IMG/VR virus record: IMGVR_UViG_3300026546_000017
Coordinates: 1-26,527 of that record
Origin: a virus
Lineage: Duplodnaviria > Caudoviricetes
Length of the DNA stretch: 26,527 nucleotides
Direction: 5' to 3' (one strand)
Shown: piece after piece, positions 19,125 to 26,527 of the stretch
How the letters are laid out: the number at the start of each line of letters is the position of its first letter
Position numbering within the stretch: the stretch's first letter is position 1
The notes under the pieces: generated by a model
Seen by the model: the letters and a program-made list of their open reading frames with translations, nothing else
Told to the model about the DNA's origin: nothing
Database searches by the model: none
Program-made: the position numbers and the translations under genes

Positions 19125-19298
19125 TTACTTCCACTTGTCGTGCTTGTCAATTTCATCATGTGTAACAGAGAAATATATTACAAACAAAATAACGCCTATA
19201 ATTGGCAAGATATTAAAAGCTACAAACTTTAATATCGTGATAACGCCAATTACTCCAATAACCACAGTAGCCAATATGGCAGCTTCTTTAAAATCCAT
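19125..19298 (-). CDS. 57-aa membrane protein with two hydrophobic segments (absent from the ORF track)
   Basis: Hand translation MDFKEAAILATVVIGVIGVITILKFVAFNILPIIGVILFVIYFSVTHDEIDKHDKWK*; AGGA RBS; fills the operon gap. Confidence 0.7.
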   Translation of the reverse strand: MDFKEAAILATVVIGVIGVITILKFVAFNILPIIGVILFVIYFSVTHDEIDKHDKWK

Positions 19299-19309
19299 TG
19301 ATCGTCCTA

Positions 19310-19741
19310 TTATGCAAATGGCTCATCAGCGAAAGAAGCAATCACTTCGATCATTGTCTCAGCAATAGCTCTTTCACTATTAATAATTGCTGGGAGCAAT
19401 ATCACTACAACTTGATCATCGTCAACAAGGTATCCTTTTCTAACGAAGAGATCTTGGACCCATTTGTTTGTAAAGCCAAAAGCATCAGCATCAATCTTCC
19501 GCTTACTATCACGATGAATGCGATACGAAATTTGACCATACTTGTATGGGGGTTCTGTTGACTCGGCAATATGCCATGATTCTAGTGTCTCAATTAGCTC
19601 ATTTTTAATTGCAGTACGATTATACCTTAACCAGTATTGAACATTGTTCATTGTGGCGAGATGCCCCTTCCGTTTGCCAGAAGGGATCTTTGGTGGTGGG
19701 AAAATAAAGCTTATGGTTTCACCCCTGTGGGGGTTCTCCAT
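19310..19741 (-). CDS. RusA-like Holliday junction resolvase
   Basis: RKIDADAF...KWVQDLF..KGYLVDDDQV matches the RusA D.DN..K...D.L...G...DD pattern; start overlaps the upstream stop (TAATG). Confidence 0.7.
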   Translation of the reverse strand: MENPHRGETISFIFPPPKIPSGKRKGHLATMNNVQYWLRYNRTAIKNELIETLESWHIAESTEPPYKYGQISYRIHRDSKRKIDADAFGFTNKWVQDLFVRKGYLVDDDQVVVILLPAIINSERAIAETMIEVIASFADEPFA

Positions 19742-20352
19742 TACCAGCCTTTGGGTACTTCAGGAGCAGCGCCAGCAGCAGGGGCAGGAGCTTTGTTAGG
19801 CAAACGCTTAATAGGATTCCGTGCAAGGAAAGAGGCTACTTTATCAGAAATATCCTCTCCATTGTCACCCGCTCCGTCTGGTGTCATCCAGTGAGAAACC
19901 ATATTACGGATAGAGGTTGTACCATTGTAGAAGTTCTCATACTGGCGAATCCCAACAAGGACTTTTATCCCGATTGTTTCTTTCAGAATAAATGCGTCAA
20001 TGGTGTTATCCTTGAATTTGACCTTTCCCTCTTCACCGTTAATTGCTTCGTTACCGGTAGTGACACGCTCATAGCGAATCAACTCTTGAAGACCAGGGAG
20101 CAAAAATGCTTTACCATTTTTAGTGAAAGTAGCTGACCCTGTTCTGCTTTTTACAGCAGTTGAGTAGAACAATGAGCGATCTTCCTTTGGAAGGTAAAGC
20201 GCAACTTCCCACATGGAAGCACCATTTTCCGTCTTGCGGATAAAAGAGTTTTTGATCTCGGCAGCATAAACGCCAGAGTTGATTGGACCGTCAGAAATAT
20301 TCTGTGCGGTAACTTCTTTAGCCAGATTGGCATCTACATCAAATGTAGCCAT
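19741..20352 (-). CDS. N4 gp45-like single-stranded DNA-binding protein
   Basis: SGVYAAEIKNSFIRKTENGA and F.KNGKAFLLPG blocks; flexible Ala/Pro C-tail; N4-like position convergent on vRNAP. Confidence 0.7.
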   Translation of the reverse strand: MATFDVDANLAKEVTAQNISDGPINSGVYAAEIKNSFIRKTENGASMWEVALYLPKEDRSLFYSTAVKSRTGSATFTKNGKAFLLPGLQELIRYERVTTGNEAINGEEGKVKFKDNTIDAFILKETIGIKVLVGIRQYENFYNGTTSIRNMVSHWMTPDGAGDNGEDISDKVASFLARNPIKRLPNKAPAPAAGAAPEVPKGW

Positions 20353-20392
20353 ATAACATCCTTTGTTACTGCAATCATGCAGTAGAAAAATT

Positions 20393-20467
20393 TGGTTGGC
20401 AGGGAGGGAATTGAACCCCCATTGTATCGGTTATGAGCCGACTGCATTACCATTATGCTACCTGCCA
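20393..20467 (-). tRNA. tRNA with CAT anticodon (Met or Ile2), CCA encoded
   Basis: Acceptor stem TGGCAGG/CCTGCCA plus A-CCA; D arm GCAT/ATGC; anticodon arm GTCGG-CTCATAA-CCGAT; T loop GGTTCAATTCC. Confidence 0.93.
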
Positions 20468-20476
20468 ATAAAGGAA

Positions 20477-20504
20477 TAAAGCAATGGTTAGCACCATTGC
20501 TTTA
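20477..20504 (-). terminator. Stem-loop between dUTPase and tRNA (terminator or processing site)
   Basis: Perfect 12-bp stem TAAAGCAATGGT-TAGC-ACCATTGCTTTA; T-rich run follows on the minus strand. Confidence 0.65.
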
Positions 20505-20512
20505 CTATTCAT

Positions 20513-20953
20513 CTATCTTGTACCGGTGCTCCCTAGCCCCCCTGTACGTTTAGCGTTACTGCCATAATTGAATACGGCTGAATCATGCGTCATTAGAATA
20601 GCTTGCCCAATTCGATCTCCTTTCCGAATATGATATTTGTCTGGGCCGCTATTATTTGTAATTATCATTTTGATCTCATCTGGGTAGTCCATGTCAATAA
20701 TACCTACTCCATTGGCCAATATTAAACCAGAAACGGCCAAAGAACTACGAATCGAAAGTTGAATATATCGAGTATGCATAAATTGTTCTGAAGCTAAATC
20801 TTTAATAGCATAGTTGTCAATAACAATACCTAGGCCAACAATCTTAGTTTGCCCACGAGGAATATCAACATCTGCATTTGCGTACAGATCAACTGCCGCT
20901 GAATACTTTGTTCCTCGTGTTGGCATAATGCCTCCATAAACTGTTTTAAACAT
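20513..20953 (-). CDS. dut: Trimeric dUTPase
   Basis: All five motifs: AAVDL, RSSLA, GVGIIDMDYPDEI, GDRIGQ, RTGGLGSTG. Confidence 0.95.
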   Translation of the reverse strand: MFKTVYGGIMPTRGTKYSAAVDLYANADVDIPRGQTKIVGLGIVIDNYAIKDLASEQFMHTRYIQLSIRSSLAVSGLILANGVGIIDMDYPDEIKMIITNNSGPDKYHIRKGDRIGQAILMTHDSAVFNYGSNAKRTGGLGSTGTR

Positions 20954-21273
20954 TAATTTAACTCCTTACAAAGTTTAGTTGCTTGTTCCCATGTTAAATT
21001 TTCATGGGTTACATCAGACCACTCAAGACCATAGCTTTTATCCCTAACACAACGAGCACAATTTGTTCTGTCTTTTTCCCCATAATAGATGCTCCCATTA
21101 TAGAAAAACATATACCATGCATTCTGTTTATGGAAAGAATATGTCGTTGAACTCCAATAGAAATCAGCAGAGAACCCCCCTATCTTGGACTTGCCAAGTT
21201 CACGGTTAAAGTTACTGCTCATTTCATCAATTGTAGGCAACCTCCATTCATCTATCTTGATTAAACTCATCAT
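20953..21273 (-). CDS. DUF1566/Lcl-type (C-type lectin fold) protein, circularly permuted
   Basis: WRLPTIDEM, YWSSTT, NAWYMFFYNG, ARCVR, then GLEW..LTWEQATKLCKELN. Confidence 0.8.
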   Translation of the reverse strand: MMSLIKIDEWRLPTIDEMSSNFNRELGKSKIGGFSADFYWSSTTYSFHKQNAWYMFFYNGSIYYGEKDRTNCARCVRDKSYGLEWSDVTHENLTWEQATKLCKELN

Positions 21274-21643
21274 AGTACCTATTTATTTTGTCTAACAGCT
21301 TGTATCGATATACAACCCACGATTCATCAATTGCTGAGAAAATTATTGATGAGATTGAGTTTGCGTAGCTCCCACTAGAGCGATACACACCTTTGTCGAA
21401 CAAAAATTTACTGAAATCTAGCAGCTTGCCATTTCCTTTTAGTTCAAAATAAAGTTCTTGCGATTTTGATTTAAGATCCAAATACAAATCTAAAAACTTA
21501 CGATACCCGCTAATAAGATTCCCTTCTCCAAGCTCTACAATTTGGTCATAAATGTCTTCATTATAGTACTTTAGGGATGAGAAGTAATTCCTATGGAGTC
21601 CCAATGATGTTTCCGCTTCAATGTGCGATATATTCGGGCTCAT
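21248..21643 (-). CDS. Hypothetical protein
   Basis: GGAGG RBS; overlaps its neighbours in the operon. Confidence 0.65.
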   Translation of the reverse strand: MSPNISHIEAETSLGLHRNYFSSLKYYNEDIYDQIVELGEGNLISGYRKFLDLYLDLKSKSQELYFELKGNGKLLDFSKFLFDKGVYRSSGSYANSISSIIFSAIDESWVVYRYKLLDKINRYYDEFNQDR

Positions 21644-21843
21644 TGTTTGGCCTCCGTTTTCAACTCTAACGCATCACTTTCTACATAAATTGTCGCATAT
21701 CCATCAATCTTCTCAACTTTCGTGATAAAGAAAGTCGCACCTGGTGTCGTTGCTGATGTATCCCCACGCAAAAACGCGTCAATCACTTTCAGCTCATCAT
21801 CATATTCAAGCCGTTGCTTGTTTTGGTCGTAAGCAGCTACCAT
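21640..21843 (-). CDS. Hypothetical protein
   Basis: AAGGAGG RBS; ATGA overlap with the next gene. Confidence 0.65.
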   Translation of the reverse strand: MVAAYDQNKQRLEYDDELKVIDAFLRGDTSATTPGATFFITKVEKIDGYATIYVESDALELKTEAKQ

Positions 21844-21853
21844 ATTTGCCTCC

Positions 21854-22162
21854 TTAAACGTTTTTTAATATCGATAGAATCTTGGTATGCCACCCGATAA
21901 GTTCATCGGGGATTTCCTTGTTGAGATAGTCCCATGTCCATCCATTGGGGGTTCTTTTGTACCTAATTAACCTGCCTTTTGTTGCATCTGCATATACCAC
22001 ATCAGCAGTAACTTGTGCGAACCAGGGCTCAGGAGCAGCATCTTCAATCTTCGTTTTAATTTTAACAAACTCTAGCTCAAGCGCCGCTTGGCATTGCAGA
22101 TACTCATGCTCAATTTTTTCCTTTAAAAGCGAAAGCTTTTCAATTTGTGTTTGCTTCGTCAT
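21854..22162 (-). CDS. Hypothetical protein
   Basis: AAGGA RBS inside the upstream gene; fits the operon. Confidence 0.65.
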   Translation of the reverse strand: MTKQTQIEKLSLLKEKIEHEYLQCQAALELEFVKIKTKIEDAAPEPWFAQVTADVVYADATKGRLIRYKRTPNGWTWDYLNKEIPDELIGWHTKILSILKNV

Positions 22163-22802
22163 TCAATTCCTTACACCACTCGTTTGCTTCGTTCCAATTC
22201 ATCCCATTTTTAGAATATTTGTACCATTCCAACTCTCCATTATCCTGCGTTCTAACACAACGCACGGGAATGGGGTTGGACTTATTGTGGTAGTCCGTGT
22301 GCCCATCACTGAAATAGACGACCCACGCATTGTCCGTGAAGTAGGCATGCGTAGTAAAACTCCAATAGCGGTACGGGATAAATCCATCTACTTTTGGTTC
22401 CCCATTTTTGTAATCGAACACTTCATGGAGCTCATCGACTGTTGGCAAACGCCACTTTCTCTCATCATTCATCATTTTACAATATTTGTTTGCTTCATCC
22501 AATGTCATTTTTTTTTCAAGGGGCTTAGACCATTCTAGCGTTCCATTTTTATTTTCTCTCGCACAGCGCACGCAATAGGTACTGCGCTTATTGCCGTTGT
22601 ACGCGTAGCCACGATGAAAATGAACGATCCATACACCGTTCATATTGTGAGAATATGGGGTAGAACTCCAATAATAGTATGGAGTAAATCCATCTACTTT
22701 TGGTTTTCCATTCTTGTAGTCAAACACTTCGTGGAGTTCCTCTATGGTTGGCAATCTCCAATTCCCACTTTTGTCGCTTTTTAGGTTCGTATTCACTGCC
22801 AT
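22140..22802 (-). CDS. Tandem DUF1566/Lcl-type protein (two permuted ~102-aa repeats), putative DGR-diversified target
   Basis: Two WRLPT..YWS..W.V.F..G..VRC.R..LEW..EAN..CK units at 306-bp spacing; identical 21-mer at 22379-22399 and 22685-22705. Confidence 0.82.
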   Translation of the reverse strand: MAVNTNLKSDKSGNWRLPTIEELHEVFDYKNGKPKVDGFTPYYYWSSTPYSHNMNGVWIVHFHRGYAYNGNKRSTYCVRCARENKNGTLEWSKPLEKKMTLDEANKYCKMMNDERKWRLPTVDELHEVFDYKNGEPKVDGFIPYRYWSFTTHAYFTDNAWVVYFSDGHTDYHNKSNPIPVRCVRTQDNGELEWYKYSKNGMNWNEANEWCKELNDEANTN

Positions 22803-22816
22803 AATATATCCTTGTA

Positions 22817-23290
22817 TTATATTTCGTTTGCACCAAACATTGCCCCATCATGGGAGACAATAATTGCATCAGCAATAATACTCCCTTCTGGGATAACAAT
22901 ATCATTGGGGCTCAAATTGTGCAAAGGTAGGTACAAGTTGCCAATACTATTCAGCGGGATGGCAATGAACCCCCCTGCAACAGCGATTCCAAGCTCTCCA
23001 ATAGCGGGCTTAACAATAAACGTTAGAAAACGAGAACGGACAAAATCATTAACAAAATCATTTTTACGTTTGTTATAATGAAACGATTCATAATCATATT
23101 TGGTAACAACCAGGTCTATCAATTTGTCATAATTAATCTTGATACCAAGATCAACTTTAACAATCTCTTGTGACTCTATCGTATAGTTCTCTACCGCGAA
23201 CACATTAACCCCAGGAGAATAAGGGCTGCTTCGGAATGGAGTAAATTTACAATCAGCTGCCTGTAAAATCATCACGAACCCCCACTTCAT
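22817..23290 (-). CDS. Degenerate dUTPase-fold protein lacking the catalytic motifs
   Basis: Colinear with dut (P.RSSPYSPGVNVFA, VKVDLGIKIN, LHNLSP..IVIPEGSIIADAIIVSHDGAMF) but no RSS, IDxDY or RGGFGSTG; start could be 23272. Confidence 0.65.
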   Translation of the reverse strand: MKWGFVMILQAADCKFTPFRSSPYSPGVNVFAVENYTIESQEIVKVDLGIKINYDKLIDLVVTKYDYESFHYNKRKNDFVNDFVRSRFLTFIVKPAIGELGIAVAGGFIAIPLNSIGNLYLPLHNLSPNDIVIPEGSIIADAIIVSHDGAMFGANEI

Positions 23291-23756
23291 CTACATACAA
23301 ATCAAATGCTGCAATAATCTCCCTGTCGCATGATCCATGAATAAACTTTCGGAGATTCCTCTGAAGTTTTAAAACCTCGGTGTAATATGCTTCCATAGCC
23401 TGGTAATGCTCTGCCTCAGCAGACTCCTCTGGCCCAACTGTGCTCAGGTCATATATTTTATCAAACATGTTTTCTTTCTCCTTTTTAGACACATCTGCTT
23501 TCTCGATAATTAAGCGAATAAGCGCAGCAGCCTGGATAGCATACTGCTCCTTCGTTTCATTAGACGACTCAGGAGACGTAAAGAGATAATAACTTGATTT
23601 AAAATCATCTATTATAACAGTAGGGTCGTTATCAAACAGTATTCTATGGAACGAATCACTGGATGCCTCATAATTTTTCAAATTAAGATGAAGATCTCTC
23701 AGCGAAATAGTGTTAATTTCCTGGAACTGGCGAATGCACTTCTCTACTTCATTCAT
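23253..23756 (-). CDS. Hypothetical helical protein
   Basis: ATG 23756 has a GAGGAG RBS (ORF track starts at 23771). Confidence 0.65.
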   Translation of the reverse strand: MNEVEKCIRQFQEINTISLRDLHLNLKNYEASSDSFHRILFDNDPTVIIDDFKSSYYLFTSPESSNETKEQYAIQAAALIRLIIEKADVSKKEKENMFDKIYDLSTVGPEESAEAEHYQAMEAYYTEVLKLQRNLRKFIHGSCDREIIAAFDLYVDEVGVRDDFTGS

Positions 23757-24453
23757 TATCGTACTCCTCAATTAATTCAATAACACGCTTGATACCACCT
23801 TCTTCAAGAAACGGCTCAGGATAAAAATCCTCTGGTGTTTTCACACTAAGGTTTTTACTGTCCTTTGTCTTTGACAATTGAAGTCGATACTTTAAACCAG
23901 TAAGACTTTCTTCATCATCGTCGTTTGTAATATTGGTATAAATAACAAACTGGAAGAAGGACTCAACGCCAACATTCTTTGTAGACCCTTTTACAAATGC
24001 CTTGATGGGGATTTGATTATTTTCAAGATCACCTTCTACAGTATGAGAAAGAAAGATCCACGTCTTCTTTGATGTGCTGGTAGCAAAATCAAGCAACTCA
24101 AACAAGGCTTGTTGATAGACTTTACCCCAAGCTCCTCTGCTGTCATCAGAGTTGACAACATATTTTTGCTCAAGCTTACGAAGCCAATGAGATAGGGTAT
24201 CAACAACAATGTACTCACTAACAGGATCATCTTCGAGCAACTGGAGGTTATTGACCAAGGTCAAGGGATCAGTGGGAACAATCCAATCATGAATTTTGTT
24301 TTTTCCACGGAAAGGTAAAGCATTTTTACCATCAATGTCAATAAAGGTGATTTTATCACCTTCAGCCATTACCAGCTCTTTCAAAGAGAACGTTTTCCCA
24401 GTTCCACTTCCTCCAAGAACAAGTAGTGTTTTTTTGTTAGTCGTAACAGACAT
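23749..24453 (-). CDS. AAA/RecA-like ATPase (N4 gp44-like, AAA_24/Sak4-like)
   Basis: Walker A GGSGTGKT, Walker B YIVVDTLS, IFLSH; ATG 24453 has an AAGGA RBS. Confidence 0.82.
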   Translation of the reverse strand: MSVTTNKKTLLVLGGSGTGKTFSLKELVMAEGDKITFIDIDGKNALPFRGKNKIHDWIVPTDPLTLVNNLQLLEDDPVSEYIVVDTLSHWLRKLEQKYVVNSDDSRGAWGKVYQQALFELLDFATSTSKKTWIFLSHTVEGDLENNQIPIKAFVKGSTKNVGVESFFQFVIYTNITNDDDEESLTGLKYRLQLSKTKDSKNLSVKTPEDFYPEPFLEEGGIKRVIELIEEYDNE

Positions 24454-24665
24454 GTGAATCCTTTTTTTTGTTTTTACTGTCAGTGTGCATATTAACACAC
24501 ATTTGCAAAAATAGTAATAAATTTCATAAAAAAATATACTATTCTTGCAAATACATGATAAATACTAACAATCATAAAATAAACATATATAAAATATATT
24601 TTTATAGTTCTTTTGAATAAGTTTTAATATGATATTATGTGGAATTACTACAAAAAGCAGAACAC
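24454..24665. promoter_or_regulatory. AT-rich divergent control region with a 16-bp inverted repeat and a possible extended -10 (TGATATTAT, 24630-24638, +)
   Basis: Strand switch; ATTTGCAAAAATAGTA (24501-24516) versus TACTATTCTTGCAAAT (24537-24552), 15/16 match. Confidence 0.5.
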
Positions 24666-25139
24666 ATGATAAATATAATTGATAAAATACTATGTACGAT
24701 CAAAGGCTACGGAACAATGATGCTAGGGATGTTTGCGGGGGTTCTCACCTATGCGGACATAGACAAAGACGTTTTTAAACTATATACATTATTCTTATTC
24801 ATGGATGTTGGAACAGGCCTATATAAGGCATATAATTTAGATGTAAAAATAGAATCATCAAAAATGATCGAACGAGTTTCTGCAAAAATTATCACACTAT
24901 TTATCCCAGTTCTTATCGGAGTTGCTGTCAAGATGATGGAAGGAGATTGGCACTTCTTCTATACATACTCTATGAACCTACTGATAGTGGCCGAAGTCTA
25001 TAGTATCATCGGGAATGCATACTCTGGAGCAACCAAACAGGATATTCCTGAGTGGGATGCAGTAACAGATATAACCAAGTTCATAAGAAATTTAGTTTTT
25101 AAGAAACAGGGGGGATCAGGTGGAATGGATAACAAATAA
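24639..25139 (+). CDS. Holin (phage holin family 4-like)
   Basis: Several TM segments; MDVGTGLYKA..IESSKM...V..K and AEVYSIIGNA motifs; first gene of the lysis cassette; start may be ATG 24666. Confidence 0.8.
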   Translation: MELLQKAEHMINIIDKILCTIKGYGTMMLGMFAGVLTYADIDKDVFKLYTLFLFMDVGTGLYKAYNLDVKIESSKMIERVSAKIITLFIPVLIGVAVKMMEGDWHFFYTYSMNLLIVAEVYSIIGNAYSGATKQDIPEWDAVTDITKFIRNLVFKKQGGSGGMDNK

Positions 25140-25386
25140 AATTAAAGCTTACATCCAGTGGGGATGGATAGCCATCTCAACTATCATTGGGGGGTTCTTG
25201 TTTATAAGGAACGTCCAACTTAAACGCAGTAATAAAAATCTTCAAAAAGAAAATAACAACCTACATTTAAAAAACAAAACCACCAAAACACAAACTCATA
25301 TTGATGACAAATACACAGAGGCACAAGCCACATACAAATTAGAGCCTATGGAGAACCCCAATGAAATCGTTACTATTGACGCTTAG
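25120..25386 (+). CDS. Putative inner-membrane spanin (Rz-like)
   Basis: Single N-terminal TM helix followed by a coiled coil; within the lysis cassette. Confidence 0.6.
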   Translation: MEWITNKIKAYIQWGWIAISTIIGGFLFIRNVQLKRSNKNLQKENNNLHLKNKTTKTQTHIDDKYTEAQATYKLEPMENPNEIVTIDA

Positions 25387-25597
25387 TATATTATTTTTAG
25401 ATGGATGTGTCCCAAGACAGAGATATATTGGCATAAGGCAATATACTCTAGCGGTTCTACCAATTGAGAAGAATCTCAAAGTAGAAAAACGAGGTGCAAT
25501 ACTAATTAAAAATCTACGAAAACAAAATGAGTTTTATAGATACCAAGTATTGCAAAATAACGATTTTTTAAAGGAAACAAATGCCACACACTTCTAA
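25361..25597 (+). CDS. Putative outer-membrane lipoprotein spanin (Rz1-like)
   Basis: Lipoprotein signal MKSLLLTLSILFLDG-C; overlaps the end of the i-spanin candidate. Confidence 0.6.
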   Translation: MKSLLLTLSILFLDGCVPRQRYIGIRQYTLAVLPIEKNLKVEKRGAILIKNLRKQNEFYRYQVLQNNDFLKETNATHF

Positions 25598-26396
25598 GAC
25601 AAAACTCCCATTGATTTACTTGCAAAAAATTCTACAGGCAAAAGGACTATACTTAGGCAAAATTGATGGACAGTATGGCCCAATAACAAGAAAGGCAATT
25701 ATTTCTCTCCAAAAAATACTACATGGGTACAACGTATTTTGGTCAAAGTACACAGGAACATACGATGAAAGAACAATGGAGGCTGTTGCACGGTGGCAAC
25801 AGCTACATCCGCCTTTGGTGCCAGACGGCATTATAGGGCCAAAAACAATGGAAGCACTAATCCCTTCGCATATCGCAGACAGGGAAGACCCTAAAAAAAG
25901 CCGCAATACCTATCGATCACACGCAACAGGCAAGCACTACCCCCATGAATCAAGAGTGCGGGAATACTATGGTCCACCAGGGAGAAACCAAACAAAAATT
26001 TTACTACCATACGATGTAAAGATTGCATGGGATACTGATAGAAAAATTAACCGAATCACATGTCATAAACTCATTGCCGAAGATCTTCAAGGAATTTATG
26101 AAGCAACGCTGGAGGAATATAGCCTTGATGGCATTCAACAGCTAGGGCTAGACCTATGGGGCGGGGTTCTCAATGTAAGAAAAATACGAGGTGGAACACG
26201 CTACTCTATGCACGCATATGGGATAGCAGAAGATATTGACCCAGCACACAATCAGCTTAGATGGCATGCACCTAAAGCTAAATTATCTGGGCTTGAATAT
26301 CAACGATATTGGGAAATATGCGAATATCATGGAGCGTACTCTCTAGGCAGAAAAAGAAATTATGACTGGATGCACAAACAATGGGCGCATAGATAA
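25581..26396 (+). CDS. Modular endolysin: peptidoglycan-binding repeats plus M15-family (L-Ala-D-Glu-type) peptidase
   Basis: IDGQYGPITRKAI and PDGIIGPKT PG-binding motifs; SMHAYGIAEDID and DWMH zinc motifs. Confidence 0.88.
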   Translation: MPHTSKTKLPLIYLQKILQAKGLYLGKIDGQYGPITRKAIISLQKILHGYNVFWSKYTGTYDERTMEAVARWQQLHPPLVPDGIIGPKTMEALIPSHIADREDPKKSRNTYRSHATGKHYPHESRVREYYGPPGRNQTKILLPYDVKIAWDTDRKINRITCHKLIAEDLQGIYEATLEEYSLDGIQQLGLDLWGGVLNVRKIRGGTRYSMHAYGIAEDIDPAHNQLRWHAPKAKLSGLEYQRYWEICEYHGAYSLGRKRNYDWMHKQWAHR

Positions 26397-26527
26397 ATTA
26401 ACGATCCACATAAATTTCAGCACGAGGGAATTGTCTACATGCAGTAAGGTATGTAGACGCTACATCTAAAAGGTCATCAAAAGAACCCCAATTATTTTTA
26501 GGAGAATACTTGAGAAGCCCCTCTTTG

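Noticed and set aside
21047-21165. Active DGR variable region in the single-unit DUF1566 gene
   Set aside because: Several loop codons end in A/G (aaa, cag, ggg, gaa, aga, aca), so the NNY signature is eroded; a relic at best
18443-23078. Plus-strand ORFs such as 18443..18910, 21945..22538 and 22812..23078
   Set aside because: Antisense to a tightly packed minus-strand operon with RBSs and recognisable motifs
1-26527. CRISPR array, integrase/transposase, intron/intein or alternative genetic code
   Set aside because: No regularly spaced repeats or such motifs seen; standard-code ORFs tile the window and use all three stop codons

Overview
Segment of an N4-like (Schitoviridae-type) lytic dsDNA phage genome. 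1-18154 (+) is the late virion/ejection module in N4 order: two small paralogous proteins, then gp55-, gp54-, gp53-, gp52- and gp51-like genes, then the giant virion RNA polymerase (vRNAP). Here the vRNAP appears split into a 1276-aa N-terminal part and a 2364-aa polymerase part. 18110-24453 (-) holds middle/replication-accessory genes: RusA-like resolvase, N4-type SSB, tRNA-CAT, dUTPase, a degenerate dUTPase paralog, DUF1566/Lcl lectin-fold genes and an AAA ATPase. 24639-26396 (+) is a lysis cassette (holin, two spanins, PG-binding M15 endolysin). Most notable: (1) the only cysteine in each vRNAP half sits at the split junction (...PECS* / MACI...), suggesting a disulfide-rejoined, redox-releasable polymerase; (2) the halves carry a staphylococcal-nuclease domain, a DEDDh exonuclease and a zincin domain; (3) the 7-mer GGGGTTC/GAACCCC occurs about 37 times across the window; (4) the DUF1566 genes are circularly permuted and show a DGR-type variable-region codon signature. 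All assignments come from motif reading and synteny by eye, with no database searches.
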